Positions 61,027 to 64,000 of a stretch of DNA of 64,000 bases are shown here, one piece after another. How positions within the stretch are numbered: position 1 is the stretch's first letter; every line of letters starts with the position of its first letter. The stretch comes from Clostridiales bacterium (GTDB lineage: Bacteria > Bacillota > Clostridia > Oscillospirales > CAG-272), in NCBI GenBank assembly GCA_024693345.1, contig JAILLB010000006.1, forward strand, positions 16,523-80,522, given 5' to 3'. The translations under genes and the position numbers were made by a program. Below the pieces are notes generated by a model. It did no database searches. It saw nothing but the letters and a program-made list of their open reading frames with translations, and had not been told where the DNA came from.

Positions 61027-64000
61027 ATGTTTTATCCTAAAAGCAAAGAAAAAACACTGAACACTGAGCTGTTCAAAAACCCGACTTCCGAATACAGAGC
61101 AGCCCCGTTCTGGGCATGGAACTGTGACATGACGCTCGATCTTTTGAAAAAGGAGATTGAGTACATGAAAGATATGGGATTCGGTGGTTTTCACATGCAC
61201 CCGAGAGTCGGTCTTTCGACTCCGTATCTGTCCGATGAATTCATGGATTTGGTCAAGGGTTGCGTAGACAAGGCAAAAGAAGAAGATATGCGTGCATATC
61301 TATACGATGAAGACAAATGGCCATCAGGTTTTGCAGGCGGATTCAACACAAAGAAAGTTGAAAACAGACAGAAAACTCTCAGAATAACGCCTGTTCCGTA
61401 CCTTGATGACAGCATATCTCTTGAAGAAGACAAAACTATTGCTGAAAAGAAACTTCCGGGAGCAAAGTACTATCTTCTCTCCTGTTATGATGTCGAACTC
61501 GACAGTGAAAAGAAAATTGTTCGTTACTCGAAAATAGATCCGAAAACAAAGGCAAGAGGAATTAAGCTTTTTGCTTATGTCGAATATGCAGTTCCGACTT
61601 CATGGTATAACGGACAGACATATGTCGATACCCTAAAGCCAAGCGCTATCAAGGATTTTATAAAGATCACCCACGAAAGATATAAGGATAAGATTGGGGA
61701 TGAATTCGGAAAAACGGTTCCGTCAATATTCTCTGACGAACCTCAGATGACAAACAAGACTTTCCTCTCTTCTCCGGACGACAAATCTTCTGTTCTTCTC
61801 CCGTACACAACAGATTTTGACAAAACTTTCAAAAAGACTTTCGGTTACTCATTTACAGACAAACTGCCTGAAATGGTTTACGAACTGTCTGATGGCAGAC
61901 TGTCTCAGGCAAGATACCAATTGCATGACCATTTAGCTGAAAGATTTGCATCTGCTTTTGCCGACACCATAGGAAAATGGTGTAAAAAGAACGGAATTGA
62001 CTTCACTGCTCACATGATGATGGAGCCTGCACTTCAGTGGCAGACAGTTGCAACAGGTGAGACAATGCGCTCGTACAGGTCATTCTCGATTCCCGGAATT
62101 GACATGCTGGCCGATCACCACGAATTGTCAACGGCTAAGCAGTGCCAGAGTGCCTCCAGACAATATGGTCGCGAAGGAATGATGAGCGAACTTTACGGAG
62201 TAACAAACTGGTATTTTGATTTCAAAGGTCACAAGCAGCAGGGTGACTGGCAGGCCGCATTCGGCGTGACATTCAGGGTTCCTCACCTGTACTGGGTCTC
62301 CATGAGAGGCGAAGCAAAGAGAGACTACCCTGCTTCAATAGGATATCAGTCACCATGGTTCAGAGAATACAAATACATTGAAGATCACTTTGCCAGAGTC
62401 AACACCGTAATGACAAGAGGAAAACCGGTTGTAAACATCGGTGTAATCCATCCTATAGAATCATACTGGCTCAAGTTCGGTCCCATGTCGCAGACAAGGG
62501 ACGAGCGCAATGAACTGCAGAGAAAGTTTTATGAGATAATTAACTGGCTTGTATTCAGTTCTCTGGATTTTGACCTCATATCTGAATCGTTATTGCCTTC
62601 TTTGCACAAGACATCGGACAATAAATTCGTTGTAGGCAAAGAAAAATATGACGTGGTAATAGTCCCGAATCTTATTACGATTCGCTCTACAACACTGAAA
62701 TATCTGGAAGAATTCGCTAGCAACGGAGGAAAAGTCATTTTCATGGGAGATGTGCCTTCTCATGTTGATGCTTTGCCTTCAGAAAAGGCTGTAAAGTTAT
62801 CCAAAAAATGCAACAGAATAGACTGGAACAAAAAAGACATGCTCTACCTGCTTGAGCCCAGTCGCGAAGTACTACTGGCGGATCTGTCTGGAGAATATGC
62901 ATCAAATCTTGTGTACAACATGAGAAAAGACGGAAAATACAGACATTTGTTCGTGGCTCATGTGACAGAGCCTAAAGACTACGATGTCTCTCCGATAGAA
63001 AGTTATAACATAACAATCAAGGGCGAGTGGAAACTCACATTGTTTGATACCATCACAGGCGAAATAAAACCTCTGGTAGCAGACTATACTGACGGCAACA
63101 CCACATTCAGGTGGATTTGCGGAAGATGCGACTCAATATTGATTGAGATGGAAAAAGGTAGGCGCAGGAGCGGATTCAGTTTTGAAGAAAAGAGTTATTC
63201 AAAAACCGAACTGCTCGATTCTTCTGCTGAATTTACTCTGTCGGAACCCAATGTCCTTCTCCTCGACTTCCCTGCATATTCAATCAACGGAGGAGATTAT
63301 ACTGAGCCGCAATATGTTCTCTCTGCTGATTCAGATATCCGTGAAGCGCTCGGAATAAAGCAAAGAACATCAGGAATGGTGCAGCCATGGGTACACAAAG
63401 AAGCAAACGAGAAAAAAGAGAAAGTTACAATCAGGTTTGAAATCCGTTCAGAGATAGATTGCAAAGCTCAGCTCGCACTTGAATCACTCAATGATTCTCA
63501 CGTATCACTAAACGGAATAAAAGCTGATATGACCCCGAAAGGATATTATGTTGACGAAGAGGCAATCAAGGTAATTGATCTGCCGGAGATAAAAAAAGGA
63601 ATCAATGTTCTGACCATTGACCTTGATTTCGGATATTCAACACAGCTTGAAGCATACTATCTGCTAGGAGACTTCGGTGTCAGCTGCATCGGAAGAGATA
63701 TATGCATAACCAAAAAACCTGACAGACTCTATTTTGATGATATTGCAAAGCAGGGACTCCCCTTCTATGGCGGCAATATATCTTATCATTTCAAGTACGA
63801 AGGTGAAGGCAATAAAACCCTTCAGATTCAGCGTTTTTCAGGAACTGCAATATCCGTTGACACAGACGGAAAACGAGTCTCAGGAATGCTGGCATTCCCG
63901 CCAAACAGACTTTGTCTGGGAAAGCTGAAAAAAGGTGTACATGATATAACCATTACACTTTACGGAAACAGAATGAACACATTCGGACAGCTTCACAACA
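61027..64000 (+). CDS. Large glycoside-hydrolase-like protein (N-terminal TIM-barrel-like + C-terminal jelly-roll/sugar-binding-like regions); continues beyond window end
   Basis: Absent from ORF track (no stop in window). Manual translation from ATG 61027 stays open to 64000: MFYPKSKEKTLNTELFKNPTSEYRAAPFWAWNCDMTLDLLKKEIEYMKDMGFGGFHMHPRVGLSTPYLSDEF... ...LGDFGVSCIGRDICITKKPDRLYFDDIAKQGLPFYGGNISYHF. RBS GAGGGAGA. Confidence 0.7.
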   Translation, partial: MFYPKSKEKTLNTELFKNPTSEYRAAPFWAWNCDMTLDLLKKEIEYMKDMGFGGFHMHPRVGLSTPYLSDEFMDLVKGCVDKAKEEDMRAYLYDEDKWPSGFAGGFNTKKVENRQKTLRITPVPYLDDSISLEEDKTIAEKKLPGAKYYLLSCYDVELDSEKKIVRYSKIDPKTKARGIKLFAYVEYAVPTSWYNGQTYVDTLKPSAIKDFIKITHERYKDKIGDEFGKTVPSIFSDEPQMTNKTFLSSPDDKSSVLLPYTTDFDKTFKKTFGYSFTDKLPEMVYELSDGRLSQARYQLHDHLAERFASAFADTIGKWCKKNGIDFTAHMMMEPALQWQTVATGETMRSYRSFSIPGIDMLADHHELSTAKQCQSASRQYGREGMMSELYGVTNWYFDFKGHKQQGDWQAAFGVTFRVPHLYWVSMRGEAKRDYPASIGYQSPWFREYKYIEDHFARVNTVMTRGKPVVNIGVIHPIESYWLKFGPMSQTRDERNELQRKFYEIINWLVFSSLDFDLISESLLPSLHKTSDNKFVVGKEKYDVVIVPNLITIRSTTLKYLEEFASNGGKVIFMGDVPSHVDALPSEKAVKLSKKCNRIDWNKKDMLYLLEPSREVLLADLSGEYASNLVYNMRKDGKYRHLFVAHVTEPKDYDVSPIESYNITIKGEWKLTLFDTITGEIKPLVADYTDGNTTFRWICGRCDSILIEMEKGRRRSGFSFEEKSYSKTELLDSSAEFTLSEPNVLLLDFPAYSINGGDYTEPQYVLSADSDIREALGIKQRTSGMVQPWVHKEANEKKEKVTIRFEIRSEIDCKAQLALESLNDSHVSLNGIKADMTPKGYYVDEEAIKVIDLPEIKKGINVLTIDLDFGYSTQLEAYYLLGDFGVSCIGRDICITKKPDRLYFDDIAKQGLPFYGGNISYHFKYEGEGNKTLQIQRFSGTAISVDTDGKRVSGMLAFPPNRLCLGKLKKGVHDITITLYGNRMNTFGQLHN

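Overview
This is a densely coding 64-kb chromosomal window: about 54 protein genes, 2 gene remnants, 4 tRNAs, no rRNA and no CRISPR. Gene content and signals fit a low-GC Gram-positive anaerobe, probably Clostridia-like; that assignment is inference only. Housekeeping genes include clpB, valS, prfA, tsaC, coaE, rplM-rpsI, ilvA-ridA, galT, tRNA-Ser x2 and tRNA-fMet + tRNA-Leu. Among them sit accessory modules. These are three ABC systems (one importer fragment at the left edge, two heterodimeric exporter pairs), several glycoside hydrolases (GH2, GH29, GH39-like, and a large GH-like gene running off the right edge), a queF-yhhQ unit behind a candidate preQ1-I riboswitch, and a gpx / NADPH-motif-less TrxR-like / trx / ohrR peroxide operon. 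Both edge genes are missing from the ORF track because they have no stop codon in the window; I recovered them by manual translation. Several track ORFs carry spurious N-terminal extensions, which I trimmed using RBS position. The most interesting items are: (1) an insulated two-gene operon pairing a serine-palmitoyltransferase-like alpha-oxoamine synthase with a classical SDR, a possible long-chain amino-lipid base pathway; (2) a carbon-nitrogen hydrolase fused to a glycerophosphodiesterase, co-transcribed with an ABC exporter pair; (3) a deletion scar joining a 5'-truncated NifX-family gene to the C-terminal remnant of a large serine recombinase, next to a tRNA operon; (4) an RHH-domain protein translationally adjacent to clpB; (5) a TPR-DUF4037 pair leading a polyol dehydrogenase/kinase/GH39 operon. 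All functional calls rest on motif recognition by eye and no database search was run.
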